Shown here piece after piece: positions 42,988 to 53,394 of a stretch of DNA of 64,000 nucleotides. Source of the stretch: an uncultured Candidatus Rokubacteria bacterium (lineage in GTDB: Bacteria; Methylomirabilota; Methylomirabilia; Rokubacteriales; DASRDR01); contig CAVPSB010000049.1 of the NCBI GenBank assembly GCA_963708025.1, positions 64,001 to 128,000 of the forward strand, in the 5' to 3' direction. The position numbers and the translations under genes were made by a program. The number at the start of each line of letters is the position of its first letter. Positions within the stretch are counted from its first letter, which is position 1. The notes under the pieces are model-generated. The model saw nothing but the letters and a program-made list of their open reading frames with translations. It was not told the origin of the DNA and made no database searches.

Positions 42988-43611
42988 CTAGTCCGCGAAG
43001 CCGACGACCCGGGGATCGCGGCTCTGCTCGTCGAGCTGGTTCATCGCTTCCCGGCGGCGCCGGCCGCCCTCGGGGCCCTTGCCGAGCTTCTCCTCCGGGT
43101 GTCTCTTCGCAGTCTTCGAGGCGCGGGCGATCGCTACCTTGCCGGTCCGCACCAGCTCCTGGATTCCCATGGGCCGCAGCAGCTCGATGATCGCGTCCAG
43201 CTTCGTCTCGTCCCCGGTCACCTCGAGCGTGAACGTCGTCGGCGTCACGTCGACGACCTTGGCGCGGAAGATGTCGGCGGTCCGCAGGATCTCGGCCCGG
43301 TGCTGCGGCTCGGCGTTGACCCGCATGAGCACCAGCTCCCGCTCGACGTGGCTGTCCTGGGTCAGGTCGCTGACCTTGATGACGTCGATCAGCTTGTGGA
43401 GCTGCTTGACGACCTGCTCGATCACGAACTGGTCGCCCCGCACCACCAGCGTCATGCGCGACACCGTGGGGTCCAGGGTCTCGCCGACCGAGAGCGACTC
43501 GATGTTGTACCCGCGGGCGCTGAAGAGGCCGGCGACCCGCGACAGCACCCCGAACTTGTTTTCGACCAGCACCGCGATCGTATGCTTGCTGACTTCGTTC
43601 CCGTTCTGCAC
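42988..43611 (-). CDS. ilvN: Acetolactate synthase small (regulatory) subunit
   Basis: [44 protein letters not shown]. Confidence 0.95.
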   Translation of the reverse strand: MQNGNEVSKHTIAVLVENKFGVLSRVAGLFSARGYNIESLSVGETLDPTVSRMTLVVRGDQFVIEQVVKQLHKLIDVIKVSDLTQDSHVERELVLMRVNAEPQHRAEILRTADIFRAKVVDVTPTTFTLEVTGDETKLDAIIELLRPMGIQELVRTGKVAIARASKTAKRHPEEKLGKGPEGGRRRREAMNQLDEQSRDPRVVGFAD

Positions 43612-43714
43612 TCTACATCCCTTCCTGTCTTCGTGGATCGCCTGCGCCCGCGCCGGGCCGAGACCCGAGCAGCCCTAGGACGCAGGGAGTCGCCCACCGC
43701 AGGCGTATGCCGCA

Positions 43715-43746
43715 TACGCCGAGGATGGGCGACGACCGAGGACGAC
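43715..43746. repeat. 32-bp intergenic repeat also found at the asd deletion junction (37502-37533)
   Basis: TACGCCGAGG(ATG/GTC)GGCGACGACCGAGGACGAC; two mismatches between copies. Confidence 0.7.
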
Positions 43747-43787
43747 GCGGATGCGACAGGCGTATCGGTGCGACGGCGGCACGGCGC

Positions 43788-45545
43788 TCAAAAGCCGGTC
43801 TGGGACTTGGCGGCCTTGGCCTTCGCTTCCTTGTTCGGCTTCTCCAGCAACATGTCTTTGTTGGCGCCGCCCGCCGGCACCATCGGGAAGCAGTACTCGT
43901 CCTTGTCCACCATGACGTCGACCACCACCGGCCCCGGCGTGGCAAAGGCCTTCTCCAGCGCCGGCACCACCTCGTTCGGCTTGGAGGCCCGGATGCCGAC
44001 CGCCCCGTACGCCTCGGCCAGCTTGACGAAGTCCGGGCTGGCCGACAGGTCGATCGAGCAGAACCGGCCGCCGTAGATGATGTCCTGCCACTGGCGGACC
44101 ATCCCGTGGCCGCCGTTGTTGATGATCACGGTCTTGATCGGGAGCTGGTTCTCGACCACCGTGGCCAGCTCCTGGGAGTTCATGACGAAGCTGCCGTCGC
44201 CGTCGATCAGGACGACCAGCCGGTCGGGCCGGCCGACCTGGGCCCCCATCGCCGCCGGCAGCCCGTAGCCCATGGTGCCCAGGCCACCCGAGGTCAGCCA
44301 GTGGCGTGGGTGGCGGAAGCGATAGTGCTGGGCGGCCCACATCTGGTGCTGACCCACCCCGGTCACGATGATCGCCTCGCCGCGCGTGAGGTTCGACACC
44401 TCCTCGACGACGTACTGGGGCTTGATCAGCTCGTCGTCCCAGTCGTAGCGGAACGGATGCTTCGTCTGCCAGGCCAGGATCTGCTTGAGCCACGAATCCC
44501 GCGCTTCCCGCACCGCGGCGCTCGGCTCGGCGGCCCCCTCCTCGAGGAGGTGCTCCTTCAGCTTGGCCAGTACGCGCCGGCAGTCTCCCACGATCGGGAT
44601 GTGGACCTTGATGTTCTTCGAGATCGAGGACGGGTCGATGTCGATGTGGACGATCTCCGCCTGGGGGGCGAAGAACTCGACCTTGCCGGTCACGCGATCG
44701 TCGAAGCGGGCGCCCACCGCGATGAGCACGTCGGAGTTGTAGACCGCCATGTTGGGGGCGTAGCCCCCGTGCATGCCGAGCATCCCCATCGAGAGCGGGT
44801 GGTCGGAGGGGAAGGCGCCCATCGCCATGACGGTCGTGGTGACCGGGACCCGCGTGAGCTGGGCGACCTCGGCCAGCTCGGGGGCGGCGTCCGAGGCGAT
44901 GACGCCCCCGCCGACGTAGAGGACGGGGCGCTTCGCCCGCATGATCGCCCGGGCGGCTTTGCGGATCTGACCCGCGTGCCCCTCGTACGTCGGGTTGTAC
45001 GAGCGGAGGTGGACGGACTCGGGGTACTCGAATTCGGCCTGCTTGATCAGGATGTCCTTCGGCAGGTCGACGTGGACCGGCCCCGGTCGGCCGGTGGCGG
45101 CGACGTAGAAGGCCTCCTTGATGACCGGGGCGATGTCCTTGGTGTCCTTCACCAGGAAGTTGTGCTTGGTGCACGGCCGCGTGATGCCGACGTTGTCCGC
45201 CTCCTGGAAGGCGTCGTTCCCGATCAGGTGGGTGGGGACCTGGCCGGTGAAGGCGACGATCGGCATCGAGTCCATGTAGGCGTCCTGGAGGGCGGTCACC
45301 AGGTTCGTGGCCGCCGGGCCCGACGTCACCATGCACACGCCGACCTTGCCCGAGACGCGGGCGTAGCCCTCGGCGGCGTGGCCGGCGGCGGCCTCCTGGC
45401 GGCACAGGACGTGGCGCAGGGGCCCCGGGAAGTCGTAGAGCGCGTCGTAGATGGGCAGGACGGCTCCGCCGGGGAGGCCGAACACCACGTCCACGCCTTC
45501 ACGCTTGAGCGACTCGAGAACGATCCGGGCGCCGCTGAATTTCAT
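43788..45545 (-). CDS. ilvB: Acetolactate synthase large subunit
   Basis: FG.PGGA.LP.YD, TSGPAATN, AFQEAD, GMLGMHG, RFDDRVTG, SGGLGTMG, IDGDGSF.MN, GMVRQWQ. Confidence 0.97.
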   Translation of the reverse strand: MKFSGARIVLESLKREGVDVVFGLPGGAVLPIYDALYDFPGPLRHVLCRQEAAAGHAAEGYARVSGKVGVCMVTSGPAATNLVTALQDAYMDSMPIVAFTGQVPTHLIGNDAFQEADNVGITRPCTKHNFLVKDTKDIAPVIKEAFYVAATGRPGPVHVDLPKDILIKQAEFEYPESVHLRSYNPTYEGHAGQIRKAARAIMRAKRPVLYVGGGVIASDAAPELAEVAQLTRVPVTTTVMAMGAFPSDHPLSMGMLGMHGGYAPNMAVYNSDVLIAVGARFDDRVTGKVEFFAPQAEIVHIDIDPSSISKNIKVHIPIVGDCRRVLAKLKEHLLEEGAAEPSAAVREARDSWLKQILAWQTKHPFRYDWDDELIKPQYVVEEVSNLTRGEAIIVTGVGQHQMWAAQHYRFRHPRHWLTSGGLGTMGYGLPAAMGAQVGRPDRLVVLIDGDGSFVMNSQELATVVENQLPIKTVIINNGGHGMVRQWQDIIYGGRFCSIDLSASPDFVKLAEAYGAVGIRASKPNEVVPALEKAFATPGPVVVDVMVDKDEYCFPMVPAGGANKDMLLEKPNKEAKAKAAKSQTGF

Positions 45546-45593
45546 GTCTCGCTCCTACCTCTGCTCCGAATGAAGGCGGATGACGTCCGCCAC

Positions 45594-46491
45594 CTACAGG
45601 AGCCCCGCCGTGGCCAGGATCTCCGTGATCTCCTCGATCGCGTCCCCGTCGGGAACGGGCAGCGGCATGCGGGGCAGACCGCCGTAGTACCCCAGGAGAT
45701 CCTGGGCGGCCTTCAGGCCCCCGATCCCGTACCGCCCGCTGATGCCGGTCGCCAGCGGGCTCAGCCGGTAGACGATCTCGCGCGCCTCGCCCCACTGGCC
45801 GGCCCGGGCCAGGCGCCAGATCTCGCAGCACTCGCGGGGCGCCACGTTGGCCACCGCCAGGATCCCGCCGGCCGCGCCCAGCAGGAGCGCCGGCAGGAAG
45901 GCGATCGGCGAGCCGACCAGGACCTGGAACGTCTTCGGGGTCAGCCGCATCATCTCGGCCGCCTGGGGAACGTTGCCCGAGCTGTCCTTGATCCCGCGGA
46001 TGTTCGGGTGCTCGGCCAGCCTGGCGACGAGGTCGGGCTCCAGGTTGATCCCGGTGTTGGCCGGGAAGTTGTAGAGGAGCACCGGGACCGGCGAGGCGTC
46101 CGCGACCGCCCGGTAGTGCCGGATGAGGGCCGGCGGCTTCATCATCCCCTTGTAGTAGCTCGGGGTGATGATGATCACCGCGTCCGCCCCCAGCTCGGCC
46201 GCGCGGCGGGACAGCCGGATCGCGGCGCCGGTCGAACTCTCCCCCGGTGCCCGCGACCAGCTGCCGGGACCGCGGGATCTCGGCCCGGGCCGTCGCGATG
46301 ACCCGCTCCTTTTCGGCCTCGGAGAGGAGCGGGAACTCGCCGGTCGAGCCCAGCACCACGTAGCCGGCCAGCGGGTACTCGTCGAGACGGCGAAGGTTCG
46401 CGGCCAGCTTGTCGTGGGCCACGTGGTCGTCGCGGAAGGGGGTCAGGACCGGGGGATAGACACCCTCGAAGCTCGGCGCTCGGCTATCCAT
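45594..46491 (-). CDS. DapA-family aldolase, 4-hydroxy-2-oxoglutarate aldolase-like; frameshift near 46237
   Basis: PPVLTPF, GSTGE, TPSYY, LYN.P.NTG, GIKDSSG Schiff-base Lys, YGIGGLKAA. Confidence 0.85.
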
Positions 46492-49312
46492 GGGCGCCCC
46501 GCTCCTTGATGCGGGCCTGGGCCGCTGCCAGCCGGGCGGTCGGGATCTGATACGGGGAGCACGAAACGTACGTCATACCCGCCCGGTGACAGAACTCCAC
46601 GGAAGACGGCTCGCCTCCGTGCTCACCGCAGATCCCGACCTTCAGATCGGGCCGTGTGCGCCGCCCGCGCTCGATGCCGATCCGGACCAGCTCGCCGACG
46701 CCCTCCTGGTCGAGGACCCGGAACGGATCGCGTGGCAACAGCTCCTTCTCCAGATAGAGCGGGAGGAACTTGCCCACGTCGTCGCGACTGTAGCCGTAGG
46801 TCAGCTGGGTGAGATCGTTGGTCCCGAACGAGAAGAAGGCCGCCTCGTGGGCGATCTGGTCGGCGACCAGGACCGCCCGCGGCACCTCGATCATCGTCCC
46901 GGTGGTATACGGGACCCGCACCCCCGTCTCGGCGAGGACCGCCTCGGCCGTCCGCTCGGTCAACTCCCGCGTCAATCGCATCTCGCCCACCGTGCCCGTC
47001 AGCGGGATCATGACCTCGGGCTCCACCGGAACGCCCTGCGTCACGAGCGCGGCGGCCGCCTCGAAGATGGCCCGGACCTGCATCTCGTAGATCTCGGGGT
47101 AGGTGATGCCCATCCGGCAGCCCCGGTTCCCGAGCATCGGATTGGCCTCCTGGAGGCTCCGCACGCTGACCAGATCCTCCTTCAGCTCATCGATCCGCGT
47201 CTGCACACGCGCCAGCTCGGTCTCGAGTGGAGCCCTGGCCATGACGCGCTGGAAGCCGGGGTCCAGCGCGAGCTGCGTCCGGACGCTCTGGTCAACGTGC
47301 TCCAGCCCGGGGCGCCGCTCCCGCAGGTCGCCCAGCTCTTCCAGCAGCTTGGCCTCCTTGGGCAGGAACTCGTGGAGGGGCGGATCCAGCAGGCGGATCG
47401 TCACCGGACGCCCGGCCATCGTCCGGAAGATGCCGACGAAGTCCTCGCGCTGCATCGGGAGGAGCTGGTCGAGCGCCCGCTGCCGGGTCTCCCGGTCCCG
47501 GGCCTGGATCATGTTGCGGACGATGGGAATCCGCTCCTCCGGCTTGAAGAACATGTGCTCGGTGCGACAGAGGCCGATCCCCTGGGCGCCGAAAGCCAGC
47601 GCGGTGGCCGAGTCGCCCGGCGTGTCCGCGTTGGCCCGCACCCCGAGGGTCCGCACCTCGTCCGCCCAACCGAGGATCGTGCTCCAGTAGCCGAAGAGCG
47701 GCGATTCCTCGGGCCGGAGCGACTTGGTGAGCTGGACCTGCACGATCTCCGACGGCTTGGTCGGCAGCTCGCCCAGGATCACCTCGCCGGTTTCGCCGTC
47801 GAGGGCGATCACGTCCCCCTGGCGGACCCGGAGGTCCCCGCGACGAAACTCGTGCGCCTCCTCGTCCACCGTGATGTCACCACAGCCGACCACGCAGCAT
47901 TTCCCCATGCCGCGACCAACGACCGCCGCGTGGGAGGTGAGGCCGCCTCGTGACGTCAGGATGCCGCCGGCCGCATACATCCCGGCCACGTCCTCCGGCG
48001 AGGTCTCGGCCCGGACCAGGATCACCTTCACGCCGCGGTCCGCCCACTCCTCGGCGTCGTCGGCCGTGAAGACGACCTTGCCGACGCAGGCCCCGGGGGC
48101 GGCCGGGAGACCCTTCGCGATCAGCCGCCCGCCCTCGATGGCACGAGCCTTGGCCTTGAGGTCGAAGCCGGGGTGCAGGAGCTGGTCGAGTTGCCCAGGG
48201 TCGACCCTCAGCAGGGCCAGGTCCCGATCGATCAGCCCTTCTTTCACCATCTCCACGGCGATCCGCACCGCGGCCGCCGCCGTCCGCTTCCCGCGCCGGG
48301 TCTGCAGGATGTACAGCGTCCCTTCCTGGATCGTGAACTCGATGTCGAGCATGTCCCGGTAGTGGCGCTCGAGCGTCTGGTACGTCGCCTCCAGCTCCTG
48401 GTACACGCCCGGCATCCGGTCACGCAGGTTGGCGATCGGCTGGGGGGTCCGGATGCCGGCCACCACGTCCTCGCCCTGCGCGTTGACCAGGAACTCGCCG
48501 AAGAACCGCCGCTCCCCGGTCGAGGGATCCCGGGTGAACGCGACGCCGGTCCCCGAACTGTCCCCGAGATTGCCGAAGACCATCGTCTGGACGGTGACCG
48601 CGGTCCCCCAGTCGTTCGGGATTCCGTGGATCCGGCGGTAGTCCTCGGCCTTCTTCGAGAACCAGGAGCCAAAGACCGCGCGAATCGCCAGGTTGAGCTG
48701 CAGCTGCGGCTCTTGCGGGAAGGGCTCGCCGGCCTCCTCGTAGAGGCCCTTGTAGGCGGAGACGAGCCCGCGCAGCGCAGGCGCTGGCAGCTCGGCGTCG
48801 GACGCGGCTCCCATTCGCACCTTCGCCGCGTCGAGCAGGTCGTCGAAGAGACGGCGGTTGATCCCGAGGACGACGTCGCCGAACATCGTGAGGAAGCGGC
48901 GATAGCAGTCCCAGGCGAAGCGCTCGTTTCCGGTCCGCTGGGCGAGCCCCTCGACGGTCTTGTCGTTCAGGCCGAGGTTCAGGACCGTTTCCATCATGCC
49001 CGGCATCGAGACCCGCGCGCCGGAACGGACGGAAACGAGGAGCGGGCGGTCGGGATCGCCGAGCCGGAGGCCGACCAGACTCTCGAGGCGTCCGAGATGC
49101 TCCTGCACCTCGTCCCACAGGCCGTCGGGGTCGCGACGTCCGAGGCGCTCGTACTCCGTCCACGCCTCGGTCGTGATGGTGAGCCCGGGCGGGACCCGGA
49201 TTCCCAGGTTCGTCATCTCGGCCAGCTCGCACCCCTTGCCGCCGAGGAGGTTCCTGAGCTGGCTCGAACCTTCGGCCCGCCCGCCTCCGAAAAAGTAGAC
49301 AAGCTTCCTCAT
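46484..49312 (-). CDS. ppdK: Pyruvate, phosphate dikinase
   Basis: LLGGKG, LLVSVRSGA..SMPGMM, NAQGEDVVAG, GGLTSHAAVV, GIGLCRTEHMF, GTMIE.PRA, SFGTNDLTQ, GICGEHGG. Confidence 0.97.
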   Translation of the reverse strand: MRKLVYFFGGGRAEGSSQLRNLLGGKGCELAEMTNLGIRVPPGLTITTEAWTEYERLGRRDPDGLWDEVQEHLGRLESLVGLRLGDPDRPLLVSVRSGARVSMPGMMETVLNLGLNDKTVEGLAQRTGNERFAWDCYRRFLTMFGDVVLGINRRLFDDLLDAAKVRMGAASDAELPAPALRGLVSAYKGLYEEAGEPFPQEPQLQLNLAIRAVFGSWFSKKAEDYRRIHGIPNDWGTAVTVQTMVFGNLGDSSGTGVAFTRDPSTGERRFFGEFLVNAQGEDVVAGIRTPQPIANLRDRMPGVYQELEATYQTLERHYRDMLDIEFTIQEGTLYILQTRRGKRTAAAAVRIAVEMVKEGLIDRDLALLRVDPGQLDQLLHPGFDLKAKARAIEGGRLIAKGLPAAPGACVGKVVFTADDAEEWADRGVKVILVRAETSPEDVAGMYAAGGILTSRGGLTSHAAVVGRGMGKCCVVGCGDITVDEEAHEFRRGDLRVRQGDVIALDGETGEVILGELPTKPSEIVQVQLTKSLRPEESPLFGYWSTILGWADEVRTLGVRANADTPGDSATALAFGAQGIGLCRTEHMFFKPEERIPIVRNMIQARDRETRQRALDQLLPMQREDFVGIFRTMAGRPVTIRLLDPPLHEFLPKEAKLLEELGDLRERRPGLEHVDQSVRTQLALDPGFQRVMARAPLETELARVQTRIDELKEDLVSVRSLQEANPMLGNRGCRMGITYPEIYEMQVRAIFEAAAALVTQGVPVEPEVMIPLTGTVGEMRLTRELTERTAEAVLAETGVRVPYTTGTMIEVPRAVLVADQIAHEAAFFSFGTNDLTQLTYGYSRDDVGKFLPLYLEKELLPRDPFRVLDQEGVGELVRIGIERGRRTRPDLKVGICGEHGGEPSSVEFCHRAGMTYVSCSPYQIPTARLAAAQARIKERGAHG

Positions 49313-49352
49313 GGTCTCGGCTCTCCACCCAGATTGGCAGAAAAGTCTTTCC

Positions 49353-49382
49353 AACGTATCAGTTAAGGCGCTGTTCTGTCAA
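49353..49382 (-). promoter_or_regulatory. Probable sigma-70 promoter of ppdK
   Basis: Minus strand TTGACA-18-TACGTT with upstream TG, in an AT-richer patch. Confidence 0.45.
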
Positions 49383-49574
49383 GGCAAAGCCGGTTCTACG
49401 GTGCCCGCTGAACCAGTCCGACGAGTAGGGAGACCGAGGCGAGGCGCGACGGCTCGAGGGCGAGCCGATCCGGCGGCTCCCATTCCCACCGCCCGTCGGC
49501 TTCTCGCAACCCTCGGGCTCTGGCCACGCGGCCGTGGCGTTCCGCTCCGCGCCCCGGCCCAAAGGCCGAAAAAT

Positions 49575-49623
49575 AGTCGCGGCCTCCGAGGGGGGACTCG
49601 TGGGCGTCTTCCAAGACCCCCCG
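49575..49623. repeat. Family 2 palindromic repeat copy (inverted)
   Basis: Reverse complement matches 31037-31086. Confidence 0.75.
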
Positions 49624-49629
49624 ATGTTC

Positions 49630-50424
49630 TCAGCGCGGGGGCCGGGGACGGCGGGAGCGGCGCGCTCGCGACGAGACCGGGGCCTCGTCGCCCCGGGCTT
49701 CGCCCTCCACGCCCTCGACCGGCGTCTCGCGTCCGACGACGAGCTGCTCGACGGCGATCAGATGCGCGAGCATGGCCCGCCGCGCGGCTTCCTCGTCACG
49801 GGCCTGAATGGCGGCGAGGACTTGCCGGTGATCCTGGTGGGAGCGCTCCGGCCGGCCGGGGATGTGGAGCGATTCCTCTCGCGTCTGGGTGAGCAGGTCC
49901 ATGAGGGCCGTCACGATGCGGGTGATCGCCCGGTTGTGGGCGGAGTGGGCGATGGCGGTGTGGAACGCGGCGTCCTGTGCCAGCCCCGTCCGGCCCGCCG
50001 CGATCTCCCGGGCCTGCTCGTCCAGGATGCGTCCCAGCTCGAGCGCCTCCTCGTGGGTCGCCCGGCGCGCCGCCAGCCCGGCGATGGGCGGCTCCAGGAG
50101 GCGCCGCGCCTCGTAGAGGTCGGCGATCCCCTCACGCTGGTTCAGGATGACCAGGGCCAGCGGCTCGACGAGCGATTCGACCGAGATGCTGCGGACGAAG
50201 GCTCCCTCGCCGGCCCGGATCTCGACCAGCCCGGTGCTCTCCAGCGCCCGCAAGGCTTCCCGGACCGACGTCCGGCTCACCCGGAAGCGCTCGGCGAGGT
50301 CGCGCTCGGGCGGGAGGCGATCGCCCGACTTGAGCTGACCGTCGGCGATCAGGCCGCGGATCTGCCGGACGATCTCCGCGTAGATGCGGGTGGACTTGAC
50401 GGGCTCGACGCTCGGCCAGCTCAT
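49630..50424 (-). CDS. GntR/FadR-family transcriptional regulator (FCD domain; GlcC/LldR/PdhR-like)
   Basis: GDRLPPERDLAE.F.VSR.SVREAL..L...GL...G.G.F; D.AFH..IA..A.N; H..I..AI..RD...A...M..HL. Confidence 0.93.
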   Translation of the reverse strand: MSWPSVEPVKSTRIYAEIVRQIRGLIADGQLKSGDRLPPERDLAERFRVSRTSVREALRALESTGLVEIRAGEGAFVRSISVESLVEPLALVILNQREGIADLYEARRLLEPPIAGLAARRATHEEALELGRILDEQAREIAAGRTGLAQDAAFHTAIAHSAHNRAITRIVTALMDLLTQTREESLHIPGRPERSHQDHRQVLAAIQARDEEAARRAMLAHLIAVEQLVVGRETPVEGVEGEARGDEAPVSSRARRSRRPRPPR

Positions 50425-50475
50425 GACGTGAGGGAGTATACCGGCGCCGGCCGGCGCGGCGCAAACGCGGCCGGG

Positions 50476-51189
50476 CTACTTCCGCGACGCGGCCGGACGA
50501 TGGCGAGCCGCCGTTCGCCGGGCGACCCACAGGCGCCCGGCGAGGACCACCGCGACCCCGAGGGTGGCCGGGAGCACCCAGTGCAGGGCGTCGGCCGCCC
50601 CCTCGCCCATCCAGCGCCGGAGGACGTGGTCCTTGAGGATCATCTCGCCGGCCACCCAGCCGAGGATCCCGGCGCCCAGGTCCACGATCCAGGTGAACCG
50701 GCCCATCAGCCGGGCGAGGATACCGCTGCCCCAGATCACGATCGGGATCGAGAGCCCGACTCCGAAGACGACGAGCAGCATGTCGCCGTGGGCGGCGGCG
50801 GCGACGGCCAGGACGTTGTCCAGGCTCATGATCACGTCGGCCACGATGATGATCCAGATGGCCTCGAACAGTGAGGTCCCGTGGCGCACGGTGTGGTCAC
50901 CGGCCTCCTGGGTGACCAGCTTCACCGCGATCCAGAGCAGCAGCCCGCCCCCCACCGCCTGGAGGAGCGGAATCCGCAGCAGGAACGTGATGATGCCGAT
51001 GAACAGGATCCGGAGGGCCACGGCGCCGAAGGTGCCCCAGAGGCGGCCCTGCCATTGCTGGCGCTTCGGCAGGTTCCGGACGGCGAGCGCGATGACCAGC
51101 GCGTTGTCGCCGGCCAGCGTGAGGTCGAGGATGACGATGGCGATCCAGCGGGCCCAGAACTCGGGGTCGGCCAGCTCGGCGAAGTTCAT
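50476..51189 (-). CDS. TerC/YjbE-family membrane protein
   Basis: DL.LAGDNA.VIALA, ADVIMSLDNVLAVAAAA, G...SIP. Confidence 0.9.
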   Translation of the reverse strand: MNFAELADPEFWARWIAIVILDLTLAGDNALVIALAVRNLPKRQQWQGRLWGTFGAVALRILFIGIITFLLRIPLLQAVGGGLLLWIAVKLVTQEAGDHTVRHGTSLFEAIWIIIVADVIMSLDNVLAVAAAAHGDMLLVVFGVGLSIPIVIWGSGILARLMGRFTWIVDLGAGILGWVAGEMILKDHVLRRWMGEGAADALHWVLPATLGVAVVLAGRLWVARRTAARHRPAASRK

Positions 51190-51301
51190 CGGGCTACGCC
51201 GGGCCAACGCGTGACACGTTCACGGCGACGGGGCCGGCTCGGCGGACGGGGTGGCGGCACGCCCCGATGATCGGCATGCCGCGCCACCGGAGGGCTCCGC
51301 C

Positions 51302-52828
51302 TCAATGTCGTTCGGAGGAGACGACGGACCCCGGCAGGGCCCGGAGCCGGCGCACCACCGGCCCCAGCACGGGCAGCGCGAACAGCACGAGCGCCACCAG
51401 GGTGATGGCGGCCGAGATCGGGCTCTGAAAGAAGATGAGCAGCGAGCCCTGCGACATGATCAGGCTCTGACGGAGCGCGCTCTCGGCCAGGTCGCCGAGG
51501 ACGAGGGCCAGGACCAGCGGCGCCAGCGGGTAGTCGAGCTTCTTGAACACGTAGCCCAGCAGGCCGAAGCCGAGCATGTACCAGACGTCGAGCATGCTGT
51601 TGCTCACCGCGTAGGCCCCGATCGCGCACACGAAGACGATGAGCGGCGTCAGGATCGCGAACGGCAGCCTCAGGATGGCGGCGAAGGCGGGGACGAAGGC
51701 CAGGACCATCACCACGCCGATGACGTTGCCCGTGTACATGCTGGCGATGAGGCCCCAGACGAAGTCCGGCTTCTCGATGAAGAGCATGGGCCCCGGCTGG
51801 AGACCCCAGATCAGGAGCCCCCCGAGCATGACGGCCGCCGTCGGCGAGCCCGGGATGCCGAGCGTGATCATCGGGAGCATGGCCGCCACGCCGGCCGCGT
51901 GGGCGGCCGTCTCGGGGGCGACCACCCCTTCCAGCACGCCGGTCCCGAACTTCTCGGGGTGCCGGGAGAACCTCCGGGCGAAGCCGTAGCTCATGAACGA
52001 GGCCGGGGTGGCGCCGCCCGGCTTGAAGCCCATCCAGAACCCGATCAGCGCGCTCCGGAGGAACGTCTTCCAGTAGCCCGCCAGCTCGCGCCACGTCTTC
52101 AGCATCTCGCGGAACCGGACCCGCGGCGTGATGCCCCGGAACTCGAGCCCCTCCTCGACGGTCAGGAGGATCTCACCCAGCCCGAAGAGGCCGATGACCG
52201 CGACGATGAACGAGAAGCCCCGCATCAGCTCGATGGAGCCGAAGGTCATCCGCAGCTTGCCGGTCACGACGTCGAGCCCGACCGCCGCCAGGATGAAGCC
52301 GATGAGGATCGAGACGAGGGACTTCACGGGGTTCCCGCCACCCAGCCCGATGAAGCTGGAGAAGGTCAGGAGCTGGATGGCGAAGAACTCGGGCGGGCCG
52401 AACTTGAGGGCCAGCTCGGCCAGCGGCAGGGCGAAGAACGAGACCAGGACGATGGCGAACGCCGCGCCCACGAACGAGGACGTGAAGGCCGCGGTGAGGG
52501 CCTCGCCCCCCCGGCCCTGCTTGGCCAGCGGGTAGCCGTCGAGCGTGGTGGCCACCGACCACGGCTCGCCCGGGATGTTGAACAGGATCGAGGTGATCGC
52601 CCCGCCGAAGAGGGCGCCCCAGTAGATGCAGGTCAGCAGGATGATCGCCGAGGTAGGGGGCATCGTGAAGGTCAGGGGCAGCAGGATGGCCACGCCGTTG
52701 GCGCCGCCCAGCCCCGGGAGCACGCCGATGATCGTGCCGAGAGTGATCCCGATCACCGCCATCAGGAGGTTGAACGGGGTGATCGCGATCTGAAAGCCGA
52801 GGAGGAGGTGCTCGATGCCCCCCATCAC
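51302..52828 (-). CDS. tctA: Tripartite tricarboxylate transporter large membrane subunit
   Basis: G.LPGLG, FGGAITSIL.NIPG, FGPPE.F, APETA..A, TLGIPGS, G.QPGP. Confidence 0.95.
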   Translation of the reverse strand: MMGGIEHLLLGFQIAITPFNLLMAVIGITLGTIIGVLPGLGGANGVAILLPLTFTMPPTSAIILLTCIYWGALFGGAITSILFNIPGEPWSVATTLDGYPLAKQGRGGEALTAAFTSSFVGAAFAIVLVSFFALPLAELALKFGPPEFFAIQLLTFSSFIGLGGGNPVKSLVSILIGFILAAVGLDVVTGKLRMTFGSIELMRGFSFIVAVIGLFGLGEILLTVEEGLEFRGITPRVRFREMLKTWRELAGYWKTFLRSALIGFWMGFKPGGATPASFMSYGFARRFSRHPEKFGTGVLEGVVAPETAAHAAGVAAMLPMITLGIPGSPTAAVMLGGLLIWGLQPGPMLFIEKPDFVWGLIASMYTGNVIGVVMVLAFVPAFAAILRLPFAILTPLIVFVCAIGAYAVSNSMLDVWYMLGFGLLGYVFKKLDYPLAPLVLALVLGDLAESALRQSLIMSQGSLLIFFQSPISAAITLVALVLFALPVLGPVVRRLRALPGSVVSSERH

Positions 52829-52881
52829 GCCCCAGTTCCCGCGCCCTTCCGGGAAGCGGGGACAGAACCAGGATCAGCCAC

Positions 52882-53355
52882 TCAGTATCCGAAATAGGCT
52901 TCGAGGGGGCCCTTGGGCATCGGCACCAGGAACCACACCTCGAAGATCAGAAAGGTGACAACGGGGATCCCAACGCTCAGGAGGATAATCAGGCCCCAGG
53001 AGTGCCGCCCGAGCCAGCGCATGTAGGCGGCCAGGTAGAGCCCTCCGGCGACGTAGAGCCCGAGGGGATACACCAGCAGCACCATGCCCGCCGCCGGCAG
53101 CGCAACCTTGGCCACCGGCGCCAGCTGACCCGGCGCCAGGAACGGCTTCCGGTAGAGGGGGAGGTCGGGCTGGAGCGCCGCCTGCCCCAGGACGACGGCG
53201 GAGGAAAGCCCGAGGCCCAGGCCGAGGTAGAACACGAAGAAGCCCGACTGGGGGCCGTCCGTGCTCCAGCCGATCCCCAGACGCAGCCCTTCGGCGATGA
53301 CCACGATCGCCCCGGCGAGCAGGACGATCGCGCAGACGACGTCAGCCCGGCGCAT
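52882..53355 (-). CDS. tctB: Tripartite tricarboxylate transporter small membrane subunit
   Basis: GP.SGFF, four TMs, FEVWF.VPMPKG; between tctC and tctA. Confidence 0.88.
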   Translation of the reverse strand: MRRADVVCAIVLLAGAIVVIAEGLRLGIGWSTDGPQSGFFVFYLGLGLGLSSAVVLGQAALQPDLPLYRKPFLAPGQLAPVAKVALPAAGMVLLVYPLGLYVAGGLYLAAYMRWLGRHSWGLIILLSVGIPVVTFLIFEVWFLVPMPKGPLEAYFGY

Positions 53356-53394
53356 GATGACTCGGACCGCTTCGCTCTCGCCGCCGGCGGGCGG

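Noticed and set aside
49385-49560. Possible ncRNA or riboswitch upstream of ppdK
   Set aside because: GC-rich and foldable, but no recognisable conserved motif and it lies upstream of the predicted promoter; an Rfam/Infernal scan would be needed.
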